A model generated the notes under the pieces. It searched no databases, had not been told where the DNA came from, and saw nothing but the letters and a program-made list of their open reading frames with translations. A stretch of 62,911 nucleotides of DNA, the filler included, from Licmophora abbreviata (Eukaryota), in NCBI GenBank assembly GCA_900291995.1. It is 11 parts of 11 records of this genome, joined end to end, with 100 filler letters (N's around TTAATTAATTAA, not from the genome) between each part and the next. Parts side by side here need not be neighbours in the genome. Positions count along the whole stretch, not along the records: positions 1 to 3,896 come from OLMU01002000.1; positions 3,997 to 5,678 come from OLMU01002002.1; positions 5,779 to 8,253 come from OLMU01002003.1; positions 8,354 to 11,258 come from OLMU01002004.1; 7 more parts are not named here. One strand, 5' to 3'. A program made the translations under genes and the position numbers. This document shows, piece after piece, positions 1 through 9,855 of this stretch (position 1 is its first letter; each line of letters starts with the position of its first letter).

Positions 1-1
1 A

Positions 2-1528
2 GTCGACTTGGAAGTGCCTTCGCGAATACCGGTCGTACATGTGACGGGCACCAAGGGCAAGGGATCGACATGTGTCATGTGTGAAGCGATTCTGAGGGGT
101 AGATATGGCAAGAATACAGGACTGTTTACGAGTCCTCACTTGGTGGACATTCGGGAGCGCATCCGTGTGAATGGCAAGCCTGTTTCGAAAGCAGTGTTCT
201 CAGAGGCGTATTTTGAACTGAGACGGCGACTGGAGCGGGGGAACGATCACGACGACGACGACGACTTGCCGGTGCTTCCGGGATACTTTCGTATGTTGAC
301 CTTGATGGCATTCTATATTTTCGTACACTATGAGCCTTCCATTGACGTGATTATTCTTGAAGTAGGAATGGGAGGACGCTACGATGCGACGAATATCTTG
401 AACCTGGACGGCACTCGACATGTTGCCTGTGGAGTGACACTACTGGATTATGACCATGAACGAGTACTGGGATCGATTCTGGAACAAATTGCCTGGGAAA
501 AAGGGGGCATCTTTCAGGTCAACAAGGGAACCGATCTGACGACACGACCGAACGAGAATGACCAGTCGGCCCACGCGGCGGCTCTGCCGGAGCAGAGTCA
601 AGACGTAGCGGCGCCAGCTTCAAAGGAGCAATTCTTTGCGCTAGGTACCAACACAGAGTCTGCCCTAGAGGTGCTTCGAACCTGTGCTAGAGTGGAAGGC
701 CGAGGGCAGGAATTGCACCTGGTGAACGAAGGCCGGTTGCTTCCTGCTGGTGCATCCATTGGTCTCAATGGGCCGCACCAGCGCATCAATGCCGAAATGG
801 CCATCGCTCTCTGCAATGCGCTGATAAAAGGCAGCGAAGATGTGCAGGATTTGGGTGTAGACGCCGCTTACCAAGCTCTCAATACGGTTTCGTGGCCCGG
901 TCGATGCCAGATGGTGAATGTGAAATGGCCAAGCGAAGTCGCCGATCACGGGATTCCGATGAGCCTTTATCTGGACGGAGCTCACACGAGCATCTCTCTT
1001 GCCGTCGGCGCCTCGTGGTTTCAAGGGCAGTCCACCGAAAATGAAAGGCCGGTATTGATTTTCAACTGCAGTCATGAGCGCGATCCAATACCGCTCTTGG
1101 AGCTGTTGTCGTCCTGCCGTCCATGTTTTTCTAAAGTTTACTTTTGCCGCGCCGATTTCGAACGCCCCAGTATGGTAGGGAAAGCAGCAGCGAGCTATCT
1201 ACTGCGCAAGGCTGGCTTTGCACTGACGGAGACTGCTGCGGGCCGAGAAAATCCCGCCTCGTGGCAAGAGACACTCGCGGAGCTGTGGAGATATTTGGGC
1301 GGGGAAAGTGTGGTAGCTCCTTTACTTTCGGGTATTACAGTCCGAGAGGCGCTTGAGGATATTGGCAGTCGGATCGCTAGCACCGAAGCTGCTGAGCAAT
1401 CAAGTTCTCCCCTGAAAGTTTTCATCACCGGCTCATTGTACATTGTAGGATCGGCCCTAGATGCCGTCGGTTGGTCCGAAGAAGCAGCAACAGGGACGCT
1501 GCGACCAACAAGGAAAGCCTTGCAGTAG
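2..1528 (+). CDS. FPGS: Folylpolyglutamate synthase (5'-truncated by window edge)
   Basis: Motifs HVTGTKGKGST, FTSPHL, EVGMGGRYDATN, WPGRCQ, LDGAHT, TGSLYIVG. Confidence 0.93.
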   Translation, partial: VDLEVPSRIPVVHVTGTKGKGSTCVMCEAILRGRYGKNTGLFTSPHLVDIRERIRVNGKPVSKAVFSEAYFELRRRLERGNDHDDDDDLPVLPGYFRMLTLMAFYIFVHYEPSIDVIILEVGMGGRYDATNILNLDGTRHVACGVTLLDYDHERVLGSILEQIAWEKGGIFQVNKGTDLTTRPNENDQSAHAAALPEQSQDVAAPASKEQFFALGTNTESALEVLRTCARVEGRGQELHLVNEGRLLPAGASIGLNGPHQRINAEMAIALCNALIKGSEDVQDLGVDAAYQALNTVSWPGRCQMVNVKWPSEVADHGIPMSLYLDGAHTSISLAVGASWFQGQSTENERPVLIFNCSHERDPIPLLELLSSCRPCFSKVYFCRADFERPSMVGKAAASYLLRKAGFALTETAAGRENPASWQETLAELWRYLGGESVVAPLLSGITVREALEDIGSRIASTEAAEQSSSPLKVFITGSLYIVGSALDAVGWSEEAATGTLRPTRKALQ

Positions 1529-1836
1529 CGTGTTTCGTCGTTGCATGCTATTTTCACAGAGTCCTAATCTCCTTTTACCTAGTAAAATGGATTACAAGCA
1601 TGGTTGTTCATGTCTTGCAACTAGGAGCGCTCGCGAGGTCCGAGCTGCTTTATATACCGGTCGCACATCGCACGATGATGTCCACACTTCACACTTCGGA
1701 TTCGGTTCTGCAGCGTGTTCTGTTCGATGCCAGTGTTGCATGTGCGAGTCAAGGTACCATTAAGAACACCGAGAAGCTGAGGAAAAGCTCTCGCATGAAG
1801 GTCAAAAGTGGCAGCAAACGAAACAAGGCACAAAGC

Positions 1837-3042
1837 ATGAAACGCCCCGGCGTCTGTCACCGGACACGGATTGCACTGCTGTTCATCATGAGCAGCAGTG
1901 CCACACTGGCCTTTGTCCCAGTCAATCACCACCACCGGCGCTTATCCCGGACCATAAACTCTAGTACAAGTACAGACACCAGCCCATTTGAGGAAAGTAG
2001 CGCACTGCCCGAATTCGGTCTATACGAAGTACAAGAACAAATGATTGTTCGTCGAGGCGAATTGGAGGGAAAACTGATGGCCGACAAATGTCGGCCGTTG
2101 CAAGCCAGCAAGCCAAAAGTCCGAGGAGCCGGAGGAGGAGGTGGTTTTGGTGGTGGTACGAGCAGCAAACAGTCGCGGCTCAGAGAAGAAGGCAAGTCGC
2201 ATGCCAAGGTACTCAAGAAGGAAGGGGTAGTAAGGATTGACAATGTCACTTCGAAAGAACTGGCGACTGAGCTTCGAGAGTTCGAGCTGGACCTAAGACA
2301 GGAGTCCACCAAGGAAGTAAAAGAGGGAACTGTACCCAAGAGATTTCGTTTTGCTGATGTTCTGTTGCAGAAAAATCGATGTGATTTGGTGCAACCACTT
2401 GGACCCGATGTGGTAATGAGTGCGCTCGACCAAATCATCAACCATAGTGCCATTCGACCTACAATCGAGGCCTTATTGGGACCGGACGCTATTCTATATG
2501 AATTATCCTGTCTCATTTCCGACCCTGGTAGCCAACGGCAAGTCGTTCATCCCGACACACCATACGGAGCCATGGGTGGCTTGGCCGCAGACGAACCCGT
2601 GTTGTACACGTGCTTTGTGTCACTGCAGGACATCCATGACGAGATGGGTCCCACTGTATGGTTGCCTCGAACTCACACGCAAAAGGCTCACGACGCGTTC
2701 AAAGATGAAAGCAGGTCATCAGAAGAAGAGGAGAGTCCCAAGGATCACTTGTTGCGATCGACGCCATCCGTGCTGGGTACGCTGACTAAGGGGTGTTGTG
2801 GCATTTTCGATTCTCGACTGCTACATGCCGGAGGAGCCAACGTGAGTGAGGGCACGTCACGGGCCTTATTTTATGTATCCTTCAAGAATCCCAAGATAGG
2901 ATATCCTGGAAATCCTGCTAGCATCCGACCAGAGGTAGGAGACGCCAAGTTTACACTGACGCAGCTGGCAGACGAGCTCGAGGCGTACCGCAATGGCAAG
3001 CCATCCCGAGACCTCGAGCGGCTTATTGAAGGTCTCCGGTAG
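1837..3042 (+). CDS. PhyH-family Fe(II)/2-oxoglutarate dioxygenase, probably plastid-targeted
   Basis: HPD...GPTVWLPRTH...LLHAGGAN...R facial-triad pattern; signal peptide ending TLA|FVP; ATG at 1837 preferred over ORF-track start 1471. Confidence 0.8.
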   Translation: MKRPGVCHRTRIALLFIMSSSATLAFVPVNHHHRRLSRTINSSTSTDTSPFEESSALPEFGLYEVQEQMIVRRGELEGKLMADKCRPLQASKPKVRGAGGGGGFGGGTSSKQSRLREEGKSHAKVLKKEGVVRIDNVTSKELATELREFELDLRQESTKEVKEGTVPKRFRFADVLLQKNRCDLVQPLGPDVVMSALDQIINHSAIRPTIEALLGPDAILYELSCLISDPGSQRQVVHPDTPYGAMGGLAADEPVLYTCFVSLQDIHDEMGPTVWLPRTHTQKAHDAFKDESRSSEEEESPKDHLLRSTPSVLGTLTKGCCGIFDSRLLHAGGANVSEGTSRALFYVSFKNPKIGYPGNPASIRPEVGDAKFTLTQLADELEAYRNGKPSRDLERLIEGLR

Positions 3043-3344
3043 GCCCTATTTACGTACGCTTGTACAAGTTACAACATAGCATCAATTTGACTACCTTTAG
3101 GAATCTTTTTCTCTTGGAACGAGTGTTTCTTGACACAGGTAGCGGTATCCTAGAATGCAGACTCGATAGCATGACAATGTGCTTGTCGATCGCATCAGCC
3201 TTGACATTCATGCACCGACACGAAGTCTACTTCGAAACCCAGCGACGACACTCCATCAATGAGTTTGCAACTATCAAACTTCTTTGATTCCGGAGAGTTG
3301 AAGTAGCGGCCACGACTGGAATGTATCGTCTCTGTCACTAGCAG

Positions 3345-3896
3345 CTATTGCATTGTTTCTTTCAGTTGATTTTGTCGCAGATACTGCAGCCTTCTCATGG
3401 CCGTACTACTCATCCCGTTCGGTTCTGTCCTTCTTGTACACAACAAGACTAGTGGTGGGAGTCCCAAAGTTTTTTGTCGATGAAGATTCAGCAAATGTCC
3501 TGTGTGCAACGTTTCATGACTCAGCACCAACGCCTCGAAATCCCCATTCCTCTGTTCCGGTGATCCCGGCGGCCCGTAGGCATCCCGAATGGGCACAATT
3601 TGAATACGATTCTTGATTCCGGGCGCCAGTCGATGCAGAAACTGCCGCACCCCCTCGGCGCGTTCTCGATAGGGAGGAATCAAGTCAGCGTGTTGCTTGT
3701 GCTGCAGCATCTCGTCCACTGTCACACCGACCAACAGCTTTCCAGTATTGGGAAAGACAGAGCTGACTGCTAGAGTCAAGAGCTTGCGATGACCATAGTG
3801 CATGCCATCAAAGGTGCCACCGACGGCGATGGAATTGTAGAGAGTATGGGAAGGAATCACGGCACCGCCCAAGAGAGTCGAATAGCCAGCTCCCTC
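3345..3896 (-). CDS. Phosphopantetheine adenylyltransferase-like (HxGH nucleotidyltransferase), 5' part lost in gap
   Basis: AVGGTFDGMHYGHRKLL, DAYGPP, LVLSHET, MSSTAMR. Confidence 0.85.
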   Translation of the reverse strand, partial: EGAGYSTLLGGAVIPSHTLYNSIAVGGTFDGMHYGHRKLLTLAVSSVFPNTGKLLVGVTVDEMLQHKQHADLIPPYRERAEGVRQFLHRLAPGIKNRIQIVPIRDAYGPPGSPEQRNGDFEALVLSHETLHTGHLLNLHRQKTLGLPPLVLLCTRRTEPNGMSSTAMRRLQYLRQNQLKETMQ

Positions 3897-3996
3897 NNNN
3901 NNNNNNNNNNNNNNNNNNNNNNNNNNNNNNNNNNNNNNNNTTAATTAATTAANNNNNNNNNNNNNNNNNNNNNNNNNNNNNNNNNNNNNNNNNNNN
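3897..3996. other. Artificial scaffold spacer (44N-TTAATTAATTAA-44N), first of ten
   Basis: Identical 100-nt spacers with six-frame stops also at 5679-5778, 8254-8353, 11259-11358, 15071-15170, 20820-20919, 27324-27423, 36091-36190, 38459-38558, 47827-47926. Confidence 0.98.
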
Positions 3997-4276
3997 ATAC
4001 AAGTAGACTACGTCCCATATTGAGTCTGAGGACTGCTCTACCTTAGAAATTCGATGGTAAGGACCAGTATGAGCAGCACTGACTAGCTGACTGAGTCGGT
4101 TGGGCGCGCAGCGCTTGCGAGAAGAAAATAGAAAATAGGCTACCGGCAGATCACATAGAATAGAGCACTTCTCGGGCACACCTTGCTTGTTTCAACAACA
4201 AATATCTCACACTATAATTGCATTTGTAGATCTTATTTGCTACACCGGATCGCGGTCCTAGTACACAATTTATCAA

Positions 4277-4993
4277 CTACGCCGCAGGCGGCGTGCGACC
4301 GAGGCGACTGGAGGTCCCATTGCGCCGGTAGTATGGATCTTCCAGCTCGCGTTCACGTGGCAGTAGTCTTCGTCCGCTAGGAGCCATCAGAAGTTTCCTT
4401 GCTGGACGCGTTGAAGTTGTGCTTGCAGCTTCAGCGGTAACTGTGTTTTCCTTTTCCAACATATCATACAACATGCTGTAAGCGTCTCGATATACAGAGT
4501 GATTCGAAAGGTCAGCGTGGCGTCGAAGCCCCGACGAGCCTGCACTCTCGATAGTACCAGTTTTAGTAGCACTAGAGCCAGTCGTCACTGTAACACTCGG
4601 GGGTCTACTTTGGTCTTCACAAGCCCTAGAATCCCCTGGAATCCTACTGGGCGGTTCAAACTCTTGTGCCTGGCATCGTCGTCGTTGAGACAACGGATAC
4701 GAAGGAGGCTGAATTCCTGCACTTGTCTTTCGAGATGGATGCGACGAGTGTGGTGTTCTGCTGGGTGAAGCAGACAACATGCGTTCTAGTATTTCCACTC
4801 GATCTCCCAGAGATTCGATCTGGTGATTCTTGATGTTCAGCTGTTCTTGAAAGTCTTGAATGACTTGTGCCGTCGCCAAATTCTTGGTGTGGTGGTGGTC
4901 GCCACCGGAATGATCACCATCTCGCTGAACAAAGACGAGAGAGGGAACACTCGACATGGATGCAGAGGCTAGCATGTGGTTTCGTTGCTCCAT
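4277..4993 (-). CDS. Hypothetical protein, short coiled coil plus disordered tail
   Basis: 238-aa ATG ORF; heptad-like IQDFQEQLNIKNHQIESLGDRVEILERML; no family recognised. Confidence 0.45.
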   Translation of the reverse strand: MEQRNHMLASASMSSVPSLVFVQRDGDHSGGDHHHTKNLATAQVIQDFQEQLNIKNHQIESLGDRVEILERMLSASPSRTPHSSHPSRKTSAGIQPPSYPLSQRRRCQAQEFEPPSRIPGDSRACEDQSRPPSVTVTTGSSATKTGTIESAGSSGLRRHADLSNHSVYRDAYSMLYDMLEKENTVTAEAASTTSTRPARKLLMAPSGRRLLPRERELEDPYYRRNGTSSRLGRTPPAA

Positions 4994-5539
4994 ACTGGTT
5001 GCAGTCTTTCGGATTGTTTTGGCGGGTCAATGCAATGTCACTCCTAGCTCTGGCTCATATTTTGTGAGTGTGGGAAGCGTGCCTCTGCGCGGCGAACAAG
5101 AATAAGAGCTGTCTTGTCTGGTCGTAATCTGGCCGGGCTTGATTCGTGCCTCTCGTGGCTTTTCGGCTCACAACAGACAGTGTCCGACAAGAATGTCAGG
5201 TAGTGCCGTATAAATAACTATAATCCATCTTTTTCATATGTATTTTCTGGAAGGACATAGGAGCGACGCCGCGCTCTCTCGAGTCGCGGTTGGTTACAGG
5301 TAGAGAGGCAACAAGACACATGTTGCCAAGTTAAGGAATGAAAATGGAAGATGCGAAGTGTGACTCAAGAGGGGCTGAACATTTTCATTCGTGACAGCGT
5401 GGAAGCTACGACGATACGGGAGAGAATCTCTGAGAGAGAAGTCTAGTAGAGATGGAAACCTCGATCTCGCTCATTACTAGGTACCAGACAGGATCGAGAC
5501 CAGACTAAAAAATCAGTGGTATCTAGCTCGAACATAATG

Positions 5540-5595
5540 CAAGTGGAAGTTGCGAGAGCTTCTTACTCAAGTGGAAGTTGCGAGGGCTTCTTATT
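5540..5595. repeat. 28-bp tandem duplication (2 copies)
   Basis: CAAGTGGAAGTTGCGAGAGCTTCTTACT / CAAGTGGAAGTTGCGAGGGCTTCTTATT. Confidence 0.85.
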
Positions 5596-6230
5596 GACTC
5601 CCTGCTAGGAGGTTGCTCGAGCTAGTAAGGGTTGTACGCGCCTGTCGTGGCTGTATCGGCGCTCGCTCGCTCGCCAGGNNNNNNNNNNNNNNNNNNNNNN
5701 NNNNNNNNNNNNNNNNNNNNNNTTAATTAATTAANNNNNNNNNNNNNNNNNNNNNNNNNNNNNNNNNNNNNNNNNNNNTCAAACAACCCTTGCTTGCGAC
5801 TGCGATGTCAGTTGACGCACGGTCACCAGCTCAACCAAGCAACGTGCTTTTTGCTTTTTTACAATATCATGAGCGACAGGCGGACACACAAATCGAAACG
5901 GTCTGTACCCGGTCCGTACAACTTGTCTGAGGTCGTGCGTCATCGAATTCCACGTGCTCCGATCTCTGTCCTGGTGCGACATGCTGTTTGTTCGATGCTT
6001 GGTACAAGGTAGCACACGTAGAACTCAGTACTGATCTATACGTGCCAACTCATTTCTGACGCGTCAGCGACGAAAGCACACAAGCGAAAAGGCCTCGTGT
6101 TTCTCTCACAATTTCCCGCACGGGGTTGTTCTTCTCATCGGCACAAACTGACTCGGTCTCCAGCTCCCTGATGCACTATTACCACCCCATTGACGACACA
6201 GGGTCGTCTAGCTGCCCGTCAAGTGCTGTC

Positions 6231-7808
6231 ATGTCGCTTCCGCAGCACGAATCGGTTTTCTTGGAAGAAAATAGAGGACAAGTACGCCCTCACAACACAA
6301 TTCGACGTTCAGTAGCCGCGGTCGTGTCCACATTCGTGGCATGCGCTGCTTGCAGTTCCTCTTTAGTGACTGCCATGAGTACTCAGGTGTTCCAATCGAA
6401 TCCATCATCGAAGGTTGGGTCCACTGCCTTTGTCGATCGGTCAACAGCCGGCGTCAGCGGATTCTCCTTCTCGGATGATCGCGTCTCGGACAAATCCTTC
6501 CATGCAGACATTCGTAGTGCCACTTCTCTCCTCCGCCCTCACAGCTGGACCGATTCCGTCTTGCTTGACGACGAAGAGGAAGAGTGGGACGAGGAGCTGC
6601 TCGACTTTCAGGAACTCCAGAGTGCTTCTGGCAGCGATGTTCTCAATGAAGAATTGCAGAGGCAGATTGACGCGTCTCTGGAACGGCCTTCGGTCTTTCT
6701 CGATGTCTTGGTGCAGGATGCCAGCATGATGGAAAAGGTGGCCATGAGTAGTGTTCCGCAGCAGCTGCCTCGTTCTGCTATGACAGCACTGCAACACGGC
6801 GCTGAAAAGAGTACCGACGGCAAGAAGAGAAAGAGCCAGATTCGCGACTTGGATTTCGCTCAGACGGGTCGTGTGACCCCGGAACAAGAGGTGGAACTCG
6901 CCAAGCTCATTCAAAAGGGTGTGGCGCTTCACAAGATCAAGACGGACCTTGAAAGTGAGAAAGAGAGAGAGATTACTCGAACCGAATGGACCACATCTGC
7001 CAAGATAAGTGTCAAGGAACTGCGACAGACCGTTTCGGACTATCGTCGCGCCAAGCAACTCTTGGTTTCGGCCAATATGGGGCTGGTGCATGCCGTGGTC
7101 AAAGGATTGCGTGCTGCCAAGAACAACAACGTTGTCTCCTATGAGGAAATGGTGCAAGAGGGAAGTCTAGGATTACTGCGTGCATCCGAACTCTTTGATC
7201 CATCTCGTGGGTTACGATTCAGCACTTACGCTACCATCTGGATCAAGGGCATGTTGAGCAACTCGCATAGCGCCGAACCCATCACACTGCCACAGCGCGA
7301 AAAGACCAAGTGGAACAAGATTCGCAGGTCGCACGACGACTTTGTCCAAGAGCACGACCGGGAACCAACCCCGAGTGAATTGTCCGAGTTGCTCGGCATG
7401 AACATGGAAGAGTTCCTGTCGACGACGCGGAAAATGACACAGGCTCAACAAGTCTTGAGTCTGGACTACGAATACCAGACGGCCTCTCGTGGTGGAAGCG
7501 AAACATCCTCCATGGCATCACTTCAAAACGACAAGGCCTTCATGGCGGACGTGGACGTTGCCGAACGCACGCAGCTCCATGCCGACGTGGTGGCGGCCCT
7601 GACGCGCAATTTGGATGCCCGCGAAGCGCGATTGATGCGTCTTCGATACGGACTGATCGACGGTCGGACTAGGACCATCGGAGAATGCGCCGAAGCCATG
7701 GGATTGTCCCAAACGCGGACTCAGCAGATTGCGCAACAATGCCTCAAGAAGTTGCGGCAAGCGGCCGACATGGAGAGCCTGCAGGAGTATTTGCTTACGA
7801 TTGCATAG
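6231..7808 (+). CDS. Nuclear-encoded plastid RNA polymerase sigma-70 factor (start uncertain)
   Basis: Region 2 ANMGLV...QEGSLGLLRASELFDPSRGLRFSTYATIWIK; region 4 LRYGL...RTIGECAEAMGLSQTRTQQI; long N-terminal extension with a hydrophobic stretch. Confidence 0.9.
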   Translation: MSLPQHESVFLEENRGQVRPHNTIRRSVAAVVSTFVACAACSSSLVTAMSTQVFQSNPSSKVGSTAFVDRSTAGVSGFSFSDDRVSDKSFHADIRSATSLLRPHSWTDSVLLDDEEEEWDEELLDFQELQSASGSDVLNEELQRQIDASLERPSVFLDVLVQDASMMEKVAMSSVPQQLPRSAMTALQHGAEKSTDGKKRKSQIRDLDFAQTGRVTPEQEVELAKLIQKGVALHKIKTDLESEKEREITRTEWTTSAKISVKELRQTVSDYRRAKQLLVSANMGLVHAVVKGLRAAKNNNVVSYEEMVQEGSLGLLRASELFDPSRGLRFSTYATIWIKGMLSNSHSAEPITLPQREKTKWNKIRRSHDDFVQEHDREPTPSELSELLGMNMEEFLSTTRKMTQAQQVLSLDYEYQTASRGGSETSSMASLQNDKAFMADVDVAERTQLHADVVAALTRNLDAREARLMRLRYGLIDGRTRTIGECAEAMGLSQTRTQQIAQQCLKKLRQAADMESLQEYLLTIA

Positions 7809-7979
7809 AGGCGTACGCTTACGACTAGATATAAAACAAGAAGAAATAGATTGACTGCTACTGCTCATGGTTCACACCGCCACTAAGCAATTTTCGAAAG
7901 AGTGGCATCCAACTCCTCGTACAAGTGTACTCAGCGAATCTATGAACAGAAAAGTAGTCACCGCCATCAGCAAATTCAA

Positions 7980-8253
7980 TCACCTTCTGCTTCTACTGCT
8001 CTGTCCACCACGCTCAGGCAGTTCGGTCTGTAGCACTCGTTCGATCTCGCAAAAAGAAGGACGATGAGAAGGATCGGCCTGCCAGCAATCCTGCATCAAG
8101 GACCGTATTCTAACATTAGATCCGCACAGTTTTGAGTTTATCTGCGGACGCACTCTTCCGTAATATACTTGATTTCGAAGAGAGGGCAGATTCATCTTTC
8201 CAAACGGTCTTTCCAGACTACTCACTTGCCATAGAAACAATCCATAGGAATAT
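7980..8253 (-). CDS. C-terminal fragment of a TKL-type protein kinase (rest lost in gap)
   Basis: YSYGLFLWQVSSLERPF...RP...LMQDCWQADPSHRPSF (subdomains IX-XI). Confidence 0.8.
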
Positions 8254-8569
8254 NNNNNNNNNNNNNNNNNNNNNNNNNNNNNNNNNNNNNNNNNNNNTTA
8301 ATTAATTAANNNNNNNNNNNNNNNNNNNNNNNNNNNNNNNNNNNNNNNNNNNNCGAAACAACATCAAAAGTTCCAAGTCGGTTTCGCTTCTCGCCTCCAT
8401 GACCATGGCAATGAGCCTGACAACAAGAAACTTCTGTGATTCAGAGAGACGAATCCCTCCTCCATTTCCCACGACACGCTGTACAGAAACTGATGATCCC
8501 AAGCAAGCAAGTTTTGTTGACAGTACACGCCGCTATCGTTTCAAGCGAAAGCGACGCAGCGAACCCCTG

Positions 8570-9833
8570 ATGCGACGTGCAATCATGTTGGCCGGGATGT
8601 TTCAGGCGGCCTCGTCAACACTGCCATTTTTCATGGTGACCTCTCCGGCGCAAGCGTTCGTCCTCTTTCCGCCCTCAAGCTCGCATTGTGCGTGTATCAC
8701 TAGTGCTAGCAAGTCAGAGCAAGATGAAAAATCGGTATCCAGAGGGAAAAAGGGGCCGACGCGCAGCGAACAAAGGGATATCGACTCCATCGTTTCGGGC
8801 ATGGGCTTGACTCCAGTCAAGAGGAGGGTGGGAAACGAACGTTCCAATGGAATCACTACACAATCAAATTTCCTTAATATATCGACGACAGTCTTTCTTT
8901 CTGATTCATCAGCGATGATTCCGATGGAAACCCAGCTTGAGTACTCTCGCAATGGACACACGGTTCTACGAAATTTCCTAGATTCCTCTCCGCTCCAGAC
9001 GGTCCACACAACCCTAACGGATCACGCATCTCAGCAGGCGTTACAAGCTTGGCGACAAAAAGTGGATGTAGCTTCGAACAATCCTACTTTGGCAGAGTCC
9101 TGTACAACGATTCAAGACTGTCGAGAGCAGCTGGATCGCCTTGGACTCGAGTCTTTGGAGCTTCCATTTTTACAGTACTTCAATACTTGGAGGTACATAC
9201 CTCTCGTCCACAAGCTAGCTTTGGACTTGGGACGCGCTGCTAGTGTTCTGATGGACGTACCTACTGTACGACTGTATCAGGATGCAGTGTTCTGGAAACG
9301 GGCCGGAGATGGCCCGACTCCCTGGCACACCGATGCTCGCATGGCGCCATTTGACACGGCGCACATGATAAACTTTCTGGATTCCTCTCCAGCCTATTCT
9401 AAAACATCATGGTACAGCCCTGCTCTTTGCGTCAAAGTCGCACTCCGACTTTGCCTTGCCTTTCTGGAACGACTTTGACGGACCGGAATACCGTCGTTTG
9501 GAAGAGCGATATAAGTTTCAAACTGTCGACTACATGCCTCTCCAATTGGGAGATGTGACAGTTCACTCGGGATGGACATTGCACTGCGCTGATGCTAATC
9601 CTTCCTCCACGCAAGACAGACTGGCCTTGGCCATTAGCTACGTCGATGCATGTGCACAGGTTCGAGAGAACTGTTTACAGAAGCAGAGTTCTAGTAGCAG
9701 CGGTGGATATGGGGACAATGAGGATCAATGGAGCTACAAAGAATGGGTGGAACAAGTTCCGGCGCGACAAGAGTTTCAGCATGTACGGGTGCCAATCGTA
9801 TGGCCGCCGCCTTCTGGAGGCATAGATTGTTGA
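8570..9833 (+). CDS. PhyH-family dioxygenase, plastid-targeted, with a 1-nt frameshift at ~9371
   Basis: AQA|FVL targeting; YQDAVFWKRAGDGPTPWHTD; removing one A gives MITFWIPLQ and joins GDVTVHSGWTLHCADAN...RLAL of ORF 9456-9833. Confidence 0.8.
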
Positions 9834-9855
9834 CTTGGATGTAGCTACATACTAG

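Noticed and set aside
5540..5595. 28-bp duplication as a transposon end
   Set aside because: No terminal inverted repeat, LTR signature or transposase nearby
6231..7808. Sigma-70 gene as bacterial contamination or recent HGT
   Set aside because: It has a long targeting-like extension and shares a contig with a eukaryotic kinase; nuclear-encoded plastid sigma factors are expected in algae
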